Of a DNA stretch of 54,394 bases, positions 38,799-47,842 are shown one piece after another. The stretch comes from Blastocatellia bacterium. Its GTDB lineage: Bacteria; Acidobacteriota; Blastocatellia; UBA7656. The notes under the pieces were generated by a model. It was not told the origin of the DNA, did no database searches, and saw nothing but the letters and a program-made list of their open reading frames with translations. A program made the position numbers and the translations under genes. Position 1 is the first letter of the stretch, and each line of letters begins with the position of its first letter. Where the stretch lies: NCBI GenBank assembly GCA_035537555.1, contig DATLMR010000369.1:1-54394 (forward strand), read 5' to 3'.

Positions 38799-40106
38799 AT
38801 GCGACCAGCGATTGCACTCCTTTTATTGCTTGCGATGGCTTCGACCTCGTCGGGACTGGCTCCCGGCCCGAATCGCGAGGCCGCGATGCGCGCGGCTAAG
38901 TGGATACGGGCGAGCGCGATCGAATCCGGCGGGGGGAGGGCCTGGCCTTCGGACCCGAAGGACCCGAAATCCGTTGCGCCTAATCTCTACGGAGGCGTTG
39001 CGGGAGTCGTCGTTTTTTTCCTTCAGGCTTTTTACTCCACCGGCGACCAGTCTTTCCTTCAGGATGCGAAGGCCGGGGCCGATTATCTTCTGGGCGAGCT
39101 TGACCGGGAACAGGAGCCGGGGCTCTATTCGGGCCTTGCGGGCATAGGATTCACTCTGCTTGAAACCTACAAGGCGACGAAGATTTCCACGTATCGAGAG
39201 GGCGCCGCCCGGTGCGCTCAAAGGCTCGCGGAAAGAGCGACGAAGACACCTCGGGGCGTTCACTGGAACGACACCAACGACATCATAGGCGGGAGTGCCG
39301 GCGTAGGACTCTTCCTTTTATACGCCGAGCGCGAGCTTGGGCAGCCCCGGTACCTGGAGCTCGCCGTACTCGCGGGCAAGGAGTTGCTCGCCCGGGGGCA
39401 AGCGCAGAGGGTTGGGATGAAGTGGGCCATGAGTCCCCAATTCCCTCGCCTGATGCCGAATTTTTCCCACGGCACGGCGGGGATCGCCTACTTCCTGGCC
39501 TCGCTCTATTCGAGGACCAAAGACCGCCCTTTCCTTGAAGGGGCAATCGCGGGCGCCGAGTACCTCAAATCGGTTGCCAGGACGGAGGGCGACGTTTGCC
39601 TGGTGTTCCACAATGAGCCGGATGGCAAAGAGCTCTATTACATGAGCTGGTGCCACGGGCCGGCAGGCACGGCGCGCCTCTTTTATCGCCTCTACCGGAT
39701 CACGGGCGAGAAAGAATGGATGGCGTGGGTGAATAGATCGGCCCGCGCCGTAATCGAAAGCGGGGTCCCTGAAAAGCAGACTCCGGGCTTTTGGAATAAC
39801 GTGAGCCAGTGTTGCGGGTCGGCCGGGGTCGCGGAGTTCTTTCTCGATCTCTATCACGTTACGCATGACCGGGCATACCTGGAGCGAGCCCGGCGCGTGG
39901 CGGCGCACTTGCTCGGCAAGGCAACCTCCGAGGGCGAGGGCCTCAAGTGGATTCAGGCCGAACACCGGGTAAAGCCGGATCTCCTCGTGGCGCAGACGGG
40001 CTTTATGCAGGGGGCGGCGGGAGTGGGAATGCTGTTGCTTCGCCTGGACGATATCGAGCGCGGTAAGCACACGCGCGTAATCTTCCCCGACTCGCCGTTC
40101 CAATAA
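38799..40106 (+). CDS. LanC-like (lanthionine synthetase C family) protein with Sec signal peptide
   Basis: Seven GxAG repeats (GGVAGV, SGLAGIG, GGSAGVG, HGTAGIA, HGPAGTA, GSAGVA, QGAAGVG). SHG and WCHG motifs are present, and the third zinc motif reads QCCG. N-terminus is MRPAIALLLLLAMASTSSG. Confidence 0.8.
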   Translation: MRPAIALLLLLAMASTSSGLAPGPNREAAMRAAKWIRASAIESGGGRAWPSDPKDPKSVAPNLYGGVAGVVVFFLQAFYSTGDQSFLQDAKAGADYLLGELDREQEPGLYSGLAGIGFTLLETYKATKISTYREGAARCAQRLAERATKTPRGVHWNDTNDIIGGSAGVGLFLLYAERELGQPRYLELAVLAGKELLARGQAQRVGMKWAMSPQFPRLMPNFSHGTAGIAYFLASLYSRTKDRPFLEGAIAGAEYLKSVARTEGDVCLVFHNEPDGKELYYMSWCHGPAGTARLFYRLYRITGEKEWMAWVNRSARAVIESGVPEKQTPGFWNNVSQCCGSAGVAEFFLDLYHVTHDRAYLERARRVAAHLLGKATSEGEGLKWIQAEHRVKPDLLVAQTGFMQGAAGVGMLLLRLDDIERGKHTRVIFPDSPFQ

Positions 40107-40153
40107 AGTCGCCCTTGCCTCACACCCTGGTCCGTCGATAGACTTCAGGCTGT

Positions 40154-41383
40154 ATGGCTGAGAACTCCGCGGAATTTGCAATCGTGGGAGCCGGGCCCGC
40201 GGGCGCGCACCTTGCCTCGCGGCTGGCCGCCGCGGGCCGGGAGACCCTGTTGTTCGACCCCAAAGGCGCGTGGGAAAAACCCTGCGGCGGCGGCGTACCC
40301 GCGCGCGCGATCCGCGAATTTTCCTTCCTGCTGGAGAACTCCAGCTATCCACACAAGCTCGTGCGGCGTTTAACCATGATCTCTCCCGAAGACCGCCGCC
40401 TGACCCTCTCCTTGCAACAGCCCTTCGCCATCTACTCGAGAAAAGTCCTGAACGGGCTGGTGCTCGACAGGGCGCTCGCGGCGGGCGCCCGATTCGTGCG
40501 GGCCTCGGTGGGCGATTTCCGCAGGCAGGACGGCGCGTGGCAGATCACGACGAATGAGGGAGAGCAGTGGCGGGCAAAATTTCTCGTGGGCGCGGACGGC
40601 GCCGCCAGCTTCCTGCGCCGCCGCCTGGTTGGCATCTTTCCCGTAAGAGACCTCGCCCTGGCCTTCGGGTACAACGTCGAGATGCCGGACCCTCCGCCAG
40701 GCGGGGGCAAAGTATCCGGCACAGGGACCGGGCCGTCCGGGGAGGAGGCGGTAGTCCGGTTCCCGAAGAATTTTACCGGGTACCTGTGGGCCTTCCCGAG
40801 ACCCGGCGTCATGAATTTCGGGGTCGCGTCGAAACTGGGCGAGAAGACATCCGGCGAGCTTCGCGAGCTGCTGGTGAATTTCGTTAAGGATTATTTTGGA
40901 GGCGAGCTGCCGGTTCCGGAACGGATGAAGTTTTTTGGGGCGAAGATTCCCACGCTCGACCCCCCGAGCTGGAGCGGGCTTCAAACAACGGGCGAAGGAT
41001 GGGCCTTGATAGGTGACGCGGCAGGGTTCGCCGATCCCATCACTGGAGAAGGGATCTACTATGCGTTCAAATCCTCTGACCTGCTGGCAAACGCTTTAGT
41101 AGGGAAGCCGGGAAGGGCGCTCGCTCCAGGCTATGAAGAGGCCGGGGACCTTTACGAAAGCTCGTGGCGCAGGGACTTCGGCCGGGACCTCGAACAGGCC
41201 TCGTCCCGGCTTCAACAGTTTTACCACGGCCATTTTTTCGGCCACGTCTTCAGCGACGCGGTGGTCCGACTCGCGCGGTTTCACAAAGGAGTGAGGATCG
41301 TTTTGGAGCGCGCTTTGATGGGCGAGCAGAGCTACGTGACCCTTAAACGCGACTTGCTTCGACGCGTGTTCCAGGTGTTTTAA
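40154..41383 (+). CDS. Geranylgeranyl reductase family FAD-dependent oxidoreductase
   Basis: FAIVGAGPAGAHLA dinucleotide fold, KPCGGG motif, and GDAAGFADPITGEGI. Confidence 0.75.
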   Translation: MAENSAEFAIVGAGPAGAHLASRLAAAGRETLLFDPKGAWEKPCGGGVPARAIREFSFLLENSSYPHKLVRRLTMISPEDRRLTLSLQQPFAIYSRKVLNGLVLDRALAAGARFVRASVGDFRRQDGAWQITTNEGEQWRAKFLVGADGAASFLRRRLVGIFPVRDLALAFGYNVEMPDPPPGGGKVSGTGTGPSGEEAVVRFPKNFTGYLWAFPRPGVMNFGVASKLGEKTSGELRELLVNFVKDYFGGELPVPERMKFFGAKIPTLDPPSWSGLQTTGEGWALIGDAAGFADPITGEGIYYAFKSSDLLANALVGKPGRALAPGYEEAGDLYESSWRRDFGRDLEQASSRLQQFYHGHFFGHVFSDAVVRLARFHKGVRIVLERALMGEQSYVTLKRDLLRRVFQVF

Positions 41384-41540
41384 CTCGGGCGTGTGAGGGC
41401 CGGATCGCCGCGCTTACCTTCCGTCCATTCCATCTTCGAGCGCGCTTGCTTACGACGCTCAAGCTGGTAAACTCGATGCTTCGCGCCGGTACGGAGCTTC
41501 GATAGAGAACGAGCATCTTGAAAGGAACTTTTCATTGCCG

Positions 41541-42773
41541 ATGGCAAAGAGCCGCTCCCCTCTGGTAATCATCTTCGTTACAGTCTTCATCGATCTCGTG
41601 GGATTCGGCATAGTGATACCGATTCTGCCCCTCTATGCCAGGCGTTTCGATGCCTCGGAGACGGTCATCGGCTTGCTGCTCGGAATCTTCTCGGCGATGC
41701 AGTTCATTTTTTCGCCCATACTCGGCCGGCTCTCGGACAAAGTGGGCCGAAGACCCGTCCTCCTGCTCAGCCTGATCGGGACCTCCGTCGGCTTTCTGAT
41801 AATGGGGATGGCCGGCACCCTGTGGATGCTCTTTCTCGCCAGAATCATCGATGGAATCAGCGGAGGAAATATCTCGACGGCTCAAGCCTACATCGCGGAC
41901 GTTACGCCCCCGGACCAGAGAGCCCGAGGAATGGGATTGATCGGCGCGGCATTCGGGCTCGGCTTCATCGTCGGCCCCGCGCTCGGCGGCGTCCTGAGCC
42001 GCATCTCCCTCTCCGCCCCTTTCTTTTTTGCCGCGGGCCTCGCCGCCCTAAACGCAGTCGCCCTCTATTTCCTCCTGCCGGAAAGTCTCAAGCCCGAGCA
42101 TAGGGACGGGGCCGGCCGCCGCGCGTCGATCACGGGGGTAATCAAAGAATCGGGGAGCTGGCGTCTGGGAGCGATAATGGCCACGTGGTTTTTTTCGACC
42201 CTCTCTTTCAGCATCGTTACGGCGATATACGCTCTCTTCACGCTCAGCCGGTTTAATTATGACGCGGCGCACGTGGGTTATATCTTTGCCTTCGTCGGCC
42301 TCATCGGCGCGGTCATTCAAGGAGGGCTGATTGGAAGGCTCGTGAAGGTTTTCGGCGACAAGGCCCTGGTCATCGCGGGCACCGCCCTGGTCGCTATCAG
42401 CCTGTTCTGGCTGCCCCTGAGCGATTCCCTGAGCAAGCTGCTGCTCGCTACGACCGTCTTCGCTGTCGGTAATAGCCTGGCCACGCCGACTCTTAACGCG
42501 ATGGCTTCGAAGTCCGTTAGCGCCTTGTTGCAGGGACGAGTTCTGGGAGTCTTTCAGTCGGTAGCGAGTCTCGCAAGGATCATCGGCCCTATTATAGGAG
42601 GGTTTTTGCTCAGCCGGGACGTTCAAACCGCCTCTTCCAACTACGGCAAGACTCCTTTCTGGACCGGCGGCGCATTCATGCTCCTGGCGCTGGGCATCTC
42701 CTTATCGCTCCAGTCATCCACCGCGCAAGAAGAGGTTGCGCTTGAATCGACCGGAGGAAAAAGGCTCAAATAA
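41541..42773 (+). CDS. MFS transporter (Tet/TCR-like drug:H+ antiporter family)
   Basis: ATG at 41541. 12-TM-like profile, GRLSDKVGRRPVLL motif A, and ARIIDGISGGN. Confidence 0.8.
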   Translation: MAKSRSPLVIIFVTVFIDLVGFGIVIPILPLYARRFDASETVIGLLLGIFSAMQFIFSPILGRLSDKVGRRPVLLLSLIGTSVGFLIMGMAGTLWMLFLARIIDGISGGNISTAQAYIADVTPPDQRARGMGLIGAAFGLGFIVGPALGGVLSRISLSAPFFFAAGLAALNAVALYFLLPESLKPEHRDGAGRRASITGVIKESGSWRLGAIMATWFFSTLSFSIVTAIYALFTLSRFNYDAAHVGYIFAFVGLIGAVIQGGLIGRLVKVFGDKALVIAGTALVAISLFWLPLSDSLSKLLLATTVFAVGNSLATPTLNAMASKSVSALLQGRVLGVFQSVASLARIIGPIIGGFLLSRDVQTASSNYGKTPFWTGGAFMLLALGISLSLQSSTAQEEVALESTGGKRLK

Positions 42774-42806
42774 CGAGGGATTCACATACCTCAAACGAGA
42801 AAAAAT

Positions 42807-43304
42807 ATGTACCAGCTCAGCGTTTGGATTCACGTATTGATGGCGGCGGTCTGGGTAGGCGGCTTGATCTACACGGCGGCCGTCGCGGTCCCGTTCGCGC
42901 TCGGCCACGAGCCGCGAGAGAGGCAGCGCATACTCCGGGGGCTCGCCAGGAGATTCAGGTGGATCGGCTGGGGCTCCATCATAGTCGCGGCGGTGACGGG
43001 CCTGGGAAATTTGACCTTCAGGCTGTCGCCGATAAGCCCCCTCCAGCTATTCAACGGAGAGGCCTTCGACCCCGCGAAGGTCGATGGGTTCATCGCGGCC
43101 TGGCTGCCGTGGAAGCTTTCCCTTGTGGCTTTGATGGTCGCTTTAATGCTTTATCACGATGTTACAAGCCTGAGGGCGGCCAGAAGGTCCGAAGCCTCTG
43201 CCGACGAAGCGCCCGGGAGCCGGAGCGGCTCGCGGGCGGCGGCCCTTGCGACGCTGGTCGCGATCGCCGTCCTTTACGTGTCGGTCAGACTGGTTCGCGG
43301 TTGA
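42807..43304 (+). CDS. Small integral membrane protein (CopD/DUF4149-like guess)
   Basis: 165 aa with four hydrophobic segments. The N-terminal WIHVLMAAVWVGG resembles CopD-type helices. Function is uncertain. Confidence 0.45.
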   Translation: MYQLSVWIHVLMAAVWVGGLIYTAAVAVPFALGHEPRERQRILRGLARRFRWIGWGSIIVAAVTGLGNLTFRLSPISPLQLFNGEAFDPAKVDGFIAAWLPWKLSLVALMVALMLYHDVTSLRAARRSEASADEAPGSRSGSRAAALATLVAIAVLYVSVRLVRG

Positions 43305-43342
43305 GGCGATCGGGGGAAGGGAAGGGACCGGCCTCGCCGGGC

Positions 43343-44086
43343 TCAGACCTCGTCTGCCGACTTCATGCGTCTCTGCCGCACAGCCTCGAACAGGACCACT
43401 CCCACGGCGACAGAGACGTTGAGCGAAGTGATTCGCCCGCGCATCGGGATAGAGACCAGCACATCGCACCGCTCGCGGACAAGCCTGTGCAGGCCCTGCC
43501 CCTCGCCTCCGAAGACGAGCGCCGTCGGCCCCGAGTAATCGTAAGCCTCATAGCTCATTTTCGATGACGCCTCGACGCCGACGACCCACACATTCTTCTT
43601 CTTCAGCTCCTCGATCAAGGTGGCCAGATTCGTAACCCGCGCGACGGGGACGTACTCTATCGCGCCCGCCGAGGTCTTCGCCACCACGTCGGTCAGGTGA
43701 GCCGCGCGCCGCTCGGGAATGAAGATGGCGTTTGCCCCGGCACACTCCGCCGTGCGGACAACCGCTCCGAGGTTATGAGGATCTTCTACTCCATCGAGCA
43801 AAATGAAGAGAGTATCGGGAGAGAGGCTGGAGAGAAGGCGGTCCGGCTCCGCGTATTTTGCGGCTGCGGCGATGGCTATCACGCCCTGATGGTTCGCCCG
43901 CTCGCTCAGCCTGTCGAGCGCCACTCTGGGCTCGCGGCGGACAGGGATTCCGGCCTGTCGCGCTGCCTCGATCACATCCCGCAGGCGCTCGTGCCGCGCC
44001 CCTTCCGCTATCACGAGCCTCTCTATGCGGCGGCCCCCGGCCCGAAGCGCCTCAAGCACCGGCAATACTCCATACACGTTTGGCAT
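43343..44086 (-). CDS. rlmB: 23S rRNA (guanosine-2'-O)-methyltransferase, SpoU/TrmH family (RlmB-like)
   Basis: N-terminal YGVLPVLEALRAG substrate-binding domain. SpoU motifs LLDGVEDPHNLGAVVRT, LVFGGEGQGL and IPMRGRITSLNVSVA. Confidence 0.8.
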   Translation of the reverse strand: MPNVYGVLPVLEALRAGGRRIERLVIAEGARHERLRDVIEAARQAGIPVRREPRVALDRLSERANHQGVIAIAAAAKYAEPDRLLSSLSPDTLFILLDGVEDPHNLGAVVRTAECAGANAIFIPERRAAHLTDVVAKTSAGAIEYVPVARVTNLATLIEELKKKNVWVVGVEASSKMSYEAYDYSGPTALVFGGEGQGLHRLVRERCDVLVSIPMRGRITSLNVSVAVGVVLFEAVRQRRMKSADEV

Positions 44087-44194
44087 GAGTTCTCTTTTAG
44101 TCGATTGTCTTCGTTATATCAAGCTGAGCCGGACGGGCTGTCGGGCGGGGCCGCCCCTGGTAGAGCGGGTCAATGGCTTGTACGGGGGAAGGGC

Positions 44195-44386
44195 CTACGC
44201 CGCGAAATCGAGCCCGCCTCGCGAGCCGCCGCTCTTTTCATTATCAACTTCAAGTAGCCTTCGCAGAGCCTCCACGGCACCGAGCGCCGCCTCCCGGGCG
44301 GTGTGATCGCCCCGGCTGGAATACATCGCCGCAAGCGCTTCCAGGTACTCGATCTCATTCGTTATTCTCTTCTTTATCGTGTTCAT
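44195..44386 (-). CDS. Possible small helical protein (63 aa), unassigned
   Basis: ORF only. It is co-directional with and upstream of rlmB, has GC-rich third positions, and has no clear RBS. Confidence 0.3.
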   Translation of the reverse strand: MNTIKKRITNEIEYLEALAAMYSSRGDHTAREAALGAVEALRRLLEVDNEKSGGSRGGLDFAA

Positions 44387-44596
44387 TGCACATGGTTAGA
44401 GGCCACTTAAGTCCAAATGGATGCTTGCCCGAAAAGCCTCTAACTTAGCTCTCTACAACGTTTCTTTCCCCAGCCGGTCCTTTCCTTGCCTGCTCCCTCC
44501 GCAAATTTCAGGGTACCTTTAGATTTTACTTGCAACGTTGTTTCGTACGTGATACAGTGCGTTTATCAGGTAGAAAGCAGGAAGGGAGAAATTGGA

Positions 44597-45061
44597 ATGG
44601 CAAGCTTCAACAAGGTTATGATCGTCGGGTATCTGGGGCGGGACCCGGAGCTGAAGTACACGCCGCAGGGAACGCCGGTTTGCGATTTTTCAATCGCGAC
44701 GACCGAGCGCCGCAAAGACAAGGCGGGTGAGATGCAGGAGCTGACGACCTGGTTTCGGGTCAGCCTTTTCGGCCGCCAGGCCGAGGTTGCGAGCCAGTAC
44801 CTGACCAAGGGGCGGCAGGTCTACGTCGAGGGCCAGCTCTCGCAGCGCGAGTGGACGGACAAGGACGGGGCGACGAGGACGAGTCTCGACGTGCGCGGCA
44901 GCGACATACAGTTCCTCTCGCCAGCCTCCGAGGGTGATCAGCCACAGGTGCCTGTGGCCAAGGCGAGCGCGGCAAAGGCAAGCGCCACCCCGGCCGCTCG
45001 CAAGCAGGCGAACGGGAAGCAGAAGGCCCAGGTCATCGAAGAGGAAGATATACCCTTTTGA
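44597..45061 (+). CDS. ssb: Single-stranded DNA-binding protein
   Basis: ATG at 44597 after GGAAGGGAG. OB-fold N-terminus is MASFNKVMIVGYLGRDPELKYTPQGTPVCDFSIA, and the acidic tail ends in EEDIPF. Confidence 0.9.
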   Translation: MASFNKVMIVGYLGRDPELKYTPQGTPVCDFSIATTERRKDKAGEMQELTTWFRVSLFGRQAEVASQYLTKGRQVYVEGQLSQREWTDKDGATRTSLDVRGSDIQFLSPASEGDQPQVPVAKASAAKASATPAARKQANGKQKAQVIEEEDIPF

Positions 45062-45080
45062 ATTCGAGCGCTTTGAGTAT

Positions 45081-45148
45081 GGCTTCGTGACCGTCTCTGA
45101 TTGGACCACACTAGCCAGTTTATACATTCACGGACCGGTCACGAAGCC
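45081..45148. repeat. 13-bp perfect inverted repeat with 42-nt loop between convergent genes
   Basis: GGCTTCGTGACCG (45081..45093) and CGGTCACGAAGCC (45136..45148). Confidence 0.6.
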
Positions 45149-45179
45149 AGATTGACCCGAAGGTAATAGAGTTCGATTG

Positions 45180-46403
45180 TCAGACTACATTGGACTCGCC
45201 CGCGATTGGACCTTTCCCGAACCTCTCAAACGCGAATGGAGCGAGATTCAAATCTCCCGGACCTTCCCCCGCGATCATATCGGCGAGCACCCTTCCCGCG
45301 GCCGGCGAGTGCTGGAACCCGTGACCGCTGAAGCCGTTTAGCTGAAAGAATCCTTCGAGGCTCCCGACGGGACCGATGATCGGCATCGCGTCGGGAGTCA
45401 TCTCGTACAGCCCGGCCCAGGCGTGGGCAATTCCGAGGTCCATCAACATGGGCAATCGCCTCCTTGCCACCTCCGTCACGCTTTCAAGAAACTCCCAGCT
45501 CACGCTTGTGTTATAGCTCGAAGGCTCATGCGGATCCGACATCCCGAACAGTATTCCGGCCCCCTCGCGATGAAAATAGAAAGTGGTCTCAAAGTCGATC
45601 ACCATGAGGCGGGATGTGATACCGAATTCGGAGACCGCGACGGGATCTAGACTCTTCTTTCCCGCGCGCGATGCGGCGCTCGTCGAAGAGTCGGGGATCG
45701 GCTCGGTAATAAAGATATGGCGGCGGTAAGGTAGGACCGGTAGATCGACTCCGGCCATGAGCGCGACGTTGCGGGCATAAGGGCCGGCGGCATTGACGAC
45801 GATTCCGGTCGAGATGTCCCCTCTGGTTGTGGCGACGCCTTCGATGCGCCCGCGCTCTGAGTAGATGCCGGTCGCTTCCGTCTCCCTCCGAATCCGCACA
45901 CCCATTGAGGCCGCCGCCCGGCCGAATCCCTGCGTCACGCCGTTCGGGTCGGCTATGCCATCTTTCGAGCAATATGTTCCGGCGATCAGTCCATCCGTCT
46001 CGACGCCCGGAGCCAGCATTCTTATCGCCTCAGGCATCAGAAGCTCTACCGGAATGCCGAAGCTCCTCTGAAGCTCCACGTTCTTCTTGAAGTCCTCAAA
46101 GGCCGAAACGCTTGAGAGGAGGAAGAGGTAGCCGTCCTGGTGGAAGTCTATCTCGTATCCGACCCTCTCTTCGAATTCTTCCATGAATTTTATCGATTCG
46201 ATTGAAAGCCTGATATTGGCCTCAGAGGAGAACTGGTGCCGGAATCCGCCCGCGTTCCGGCCCGTCGAGCCGGTCCCGAGAAACTGCTCCCTTTCAAGGA
46301 GCACGACATCGGTAATCCCTTTGCGGGCGAGATGAAAAGCGGCGCTCGTTCCCATGCATCCGCCTCCGATGATTACCACGTCAGCCGTCCTTTTCAATCT
46401 CAC
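45180..46403 (-). CDS. FAD-dependent oxidoreductase (DAO family; sarcosine/glycine/D-amino-acid oxidase-like)
   Basis: GTG start. N-terminal DVVIIGGGCMGTSAAFHLARKG, and C-terminal GFSGHGFQHSPAAG. Confidence 0.8.
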   Translation of the reverse strand: MRLKRTADVVIIGGGCMGTSAAFHLARKGITDVVLLEREQFLGTGSTGRNAGGFRHQFSSEANIRLSIESIKFMEEFEERVGYEIDFHQDGYLFLLSSVSAFEDFKKNVELQRSFGIPVELLMPEAIRMLAPGVETDGLIAGTYCSKDGIADPNGVTQGFGRAAASMGVRIRRETEATGIYSERGRIEGVATTRGDISTGIVVNAAGPYARNVALMAGVDLPVLPYRRHIFITEPIPDSSTSAASRAGKKSLDPVAVSEFGITSRLMVIDFETTFYFHREGAGILFGMSDPHEPSSYNTSVSWEFLESVTEVARRRLPMLMDLGIAHAWAGLYEMTPDAMPIIGPVGSLEGFFQLNGFSGHGFQHSPAAGRVLADMIAGEGPGDLNLAPFAFERFGKGPIAGESNVV

Positions 46404-46431
46404 CCCACTATCGCGCCCGTCGGTTTCAGGC

Positions 46432-47592
46432 TCAGGACTGATTGGCCGCCGTCGCGAAGATTTCTTCCGAGGTTACGACGAGCCCTTCTTTGGTCAGGGC
46501 TGCTCTCAGGTCGTCTTCAACCTTCAGGCGGGAACAGTGGATGCGAGCCAGGCGGCCTGCCGGGTCTCTCTCCTGAAGCTGGCGGACGCTCTCAGGAATC
46601 GATTGCGGAGCCCTCGGACTGATCTGGCCGGTCAGGGCCTTTTCGACGCCGAGCCCCATAGCTTCGAGGACCTTGAATGTGCCTCGCGAAAGCCTCTCAA
46701 GTGGAGTGCCCTTAGCCTCGGCGAGAGCGATCATCTCTTTGATGGCTTCGCGCTCGGCCATCAGAAGGCTGTCGCGGTCGTTCTTCAGCGCGACCACTCG
46801 CTCTGACGTTTGGCCGTCGTGCCGTATCCTGATTCGGGCGCACGTCTCGTCCACGAGGTCGATCGACCTGTCCGGCTGTTTTCTGTCGGAGAGGTAATCG
46901 ATCGAACGATCCGTTGCGGTTTCAAGGGCCTCGTCCGATATCGTTATGAGATGGTGCATCTCCAGACGGGGGCGGCGCGCACGCAATACTTCGAGCGTCT
47001 CGCCCCGGCCCATCTCTTCGATATGGACCGGCTGGAATCTTCGCTCAAGCGCGCTATCGGACCGAATGTAGCGCGCGTATTCGATTTCGGTCGTCGCGCC
47101 GATGACTCGCAACCTGCCGCCCGCAAGCGCCGGCTTCAGCATGTTTGCCGCGTCCATCGGCGCTCCGATGGCCGAGCCCGCGCCTATCAGGTTATGCAGC
47201 TCGTCGATGAAGAGGATCACGCTCGGGTCGCCGGTCGCGTCGTTGATCACCGCCTGGAGCCGCTTTTCGAACTGCCCGCGAAAGTTCGTCCCCGCTATCA
47301 GGTCGATATGGCTGAGCGAGAGAATCCGGCATTCCCTGAGCGCGCGCGGGACCGCGCCTGAGACGATTCGGTGGGCGAGCCCTTCTACGACGGCGGTCTT
47401 TCCCACGCCCGCTTCTCCAACGAGCACGGGATTGTTCTTCGATTGTCTGATGAGGATCGTGATGACCCGATCGATCTCCTTGTCACGACACCGCACGGGC
47501 TCAAGCTCATCCTGAAGGGCAGCGCCCGTCAGGTCGCGAGTGAAACTCTCAAGCGATCCTTTGAATGAGAACGGTAAATCCAGGTCTTTCAA
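46432..47592 (-). CDS. Clp/Hsp100-type AAA+ ATPase containing only the D1 module
   Basis: TTG start after GGGAGG. RDKEIDRVITILIRQSKNNPVLVGEAGVGKTAVVEGLAHRI (Walker A), ILFIDELHNL (Walker B) and ALERRFQPV are present. A short coiled-coil tail follows. There is no Clp_N domain and no second AAA domain. Confidence 0.8.
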   Translation of the reverse strand: MKDLDLPFSFKGSLESFTRDLTGAALQDELEPVRCRDKEIDRVITILIRQSKNNPVLVGEAGVGKTAVVEGLAHRIVSGAVPRALRECRILSLSHIDLIAGTNFRGQFEKRLQAVINDATGDPSVILFIDELHNLIGAGSAIGAPMDAANMLKPALAGGRLRVIGATTEIEYARYIRSDSALERRFQPVHIEEMGRGETLEVLRARRPRLEMHHLITISDEALETATDRSIDYLSDRKQPDRSIDLVDETCARIRIRHDGQTSERVVALKNDRDSLLMAEREAIKEMIALAEAKGTPLERLSRGTFKVLEAMGLGVEKALTGQISPRAPQSIPESVRQLQERDPAGRLARIHCSRLKVEDDLRAALTKEGLVVTSEEIFATAANQS

Positions 47593-47842
47593 TTTCGGTC
47601 CGCCTCCCTTGGCTTATAGAATTCTACTATACAAACTCTCCATTAGTTTAATCGCTTCACGTCTCCCTATAATCTCCGGGCGCGAGACGCCGGGTCCGGG
47701 CCGTCCGAAAGGGAAGGGCAGCGGAAGGAAAGTACGCAAGCACGTTGCAAAAGGCCGCGTGACAAACTAATCTTGGCGAACATCACGAATTCATAAATCA
47801 GGCCCTGGGAGCGTACCGGATTGATCAGTGGAGATTGCATCG

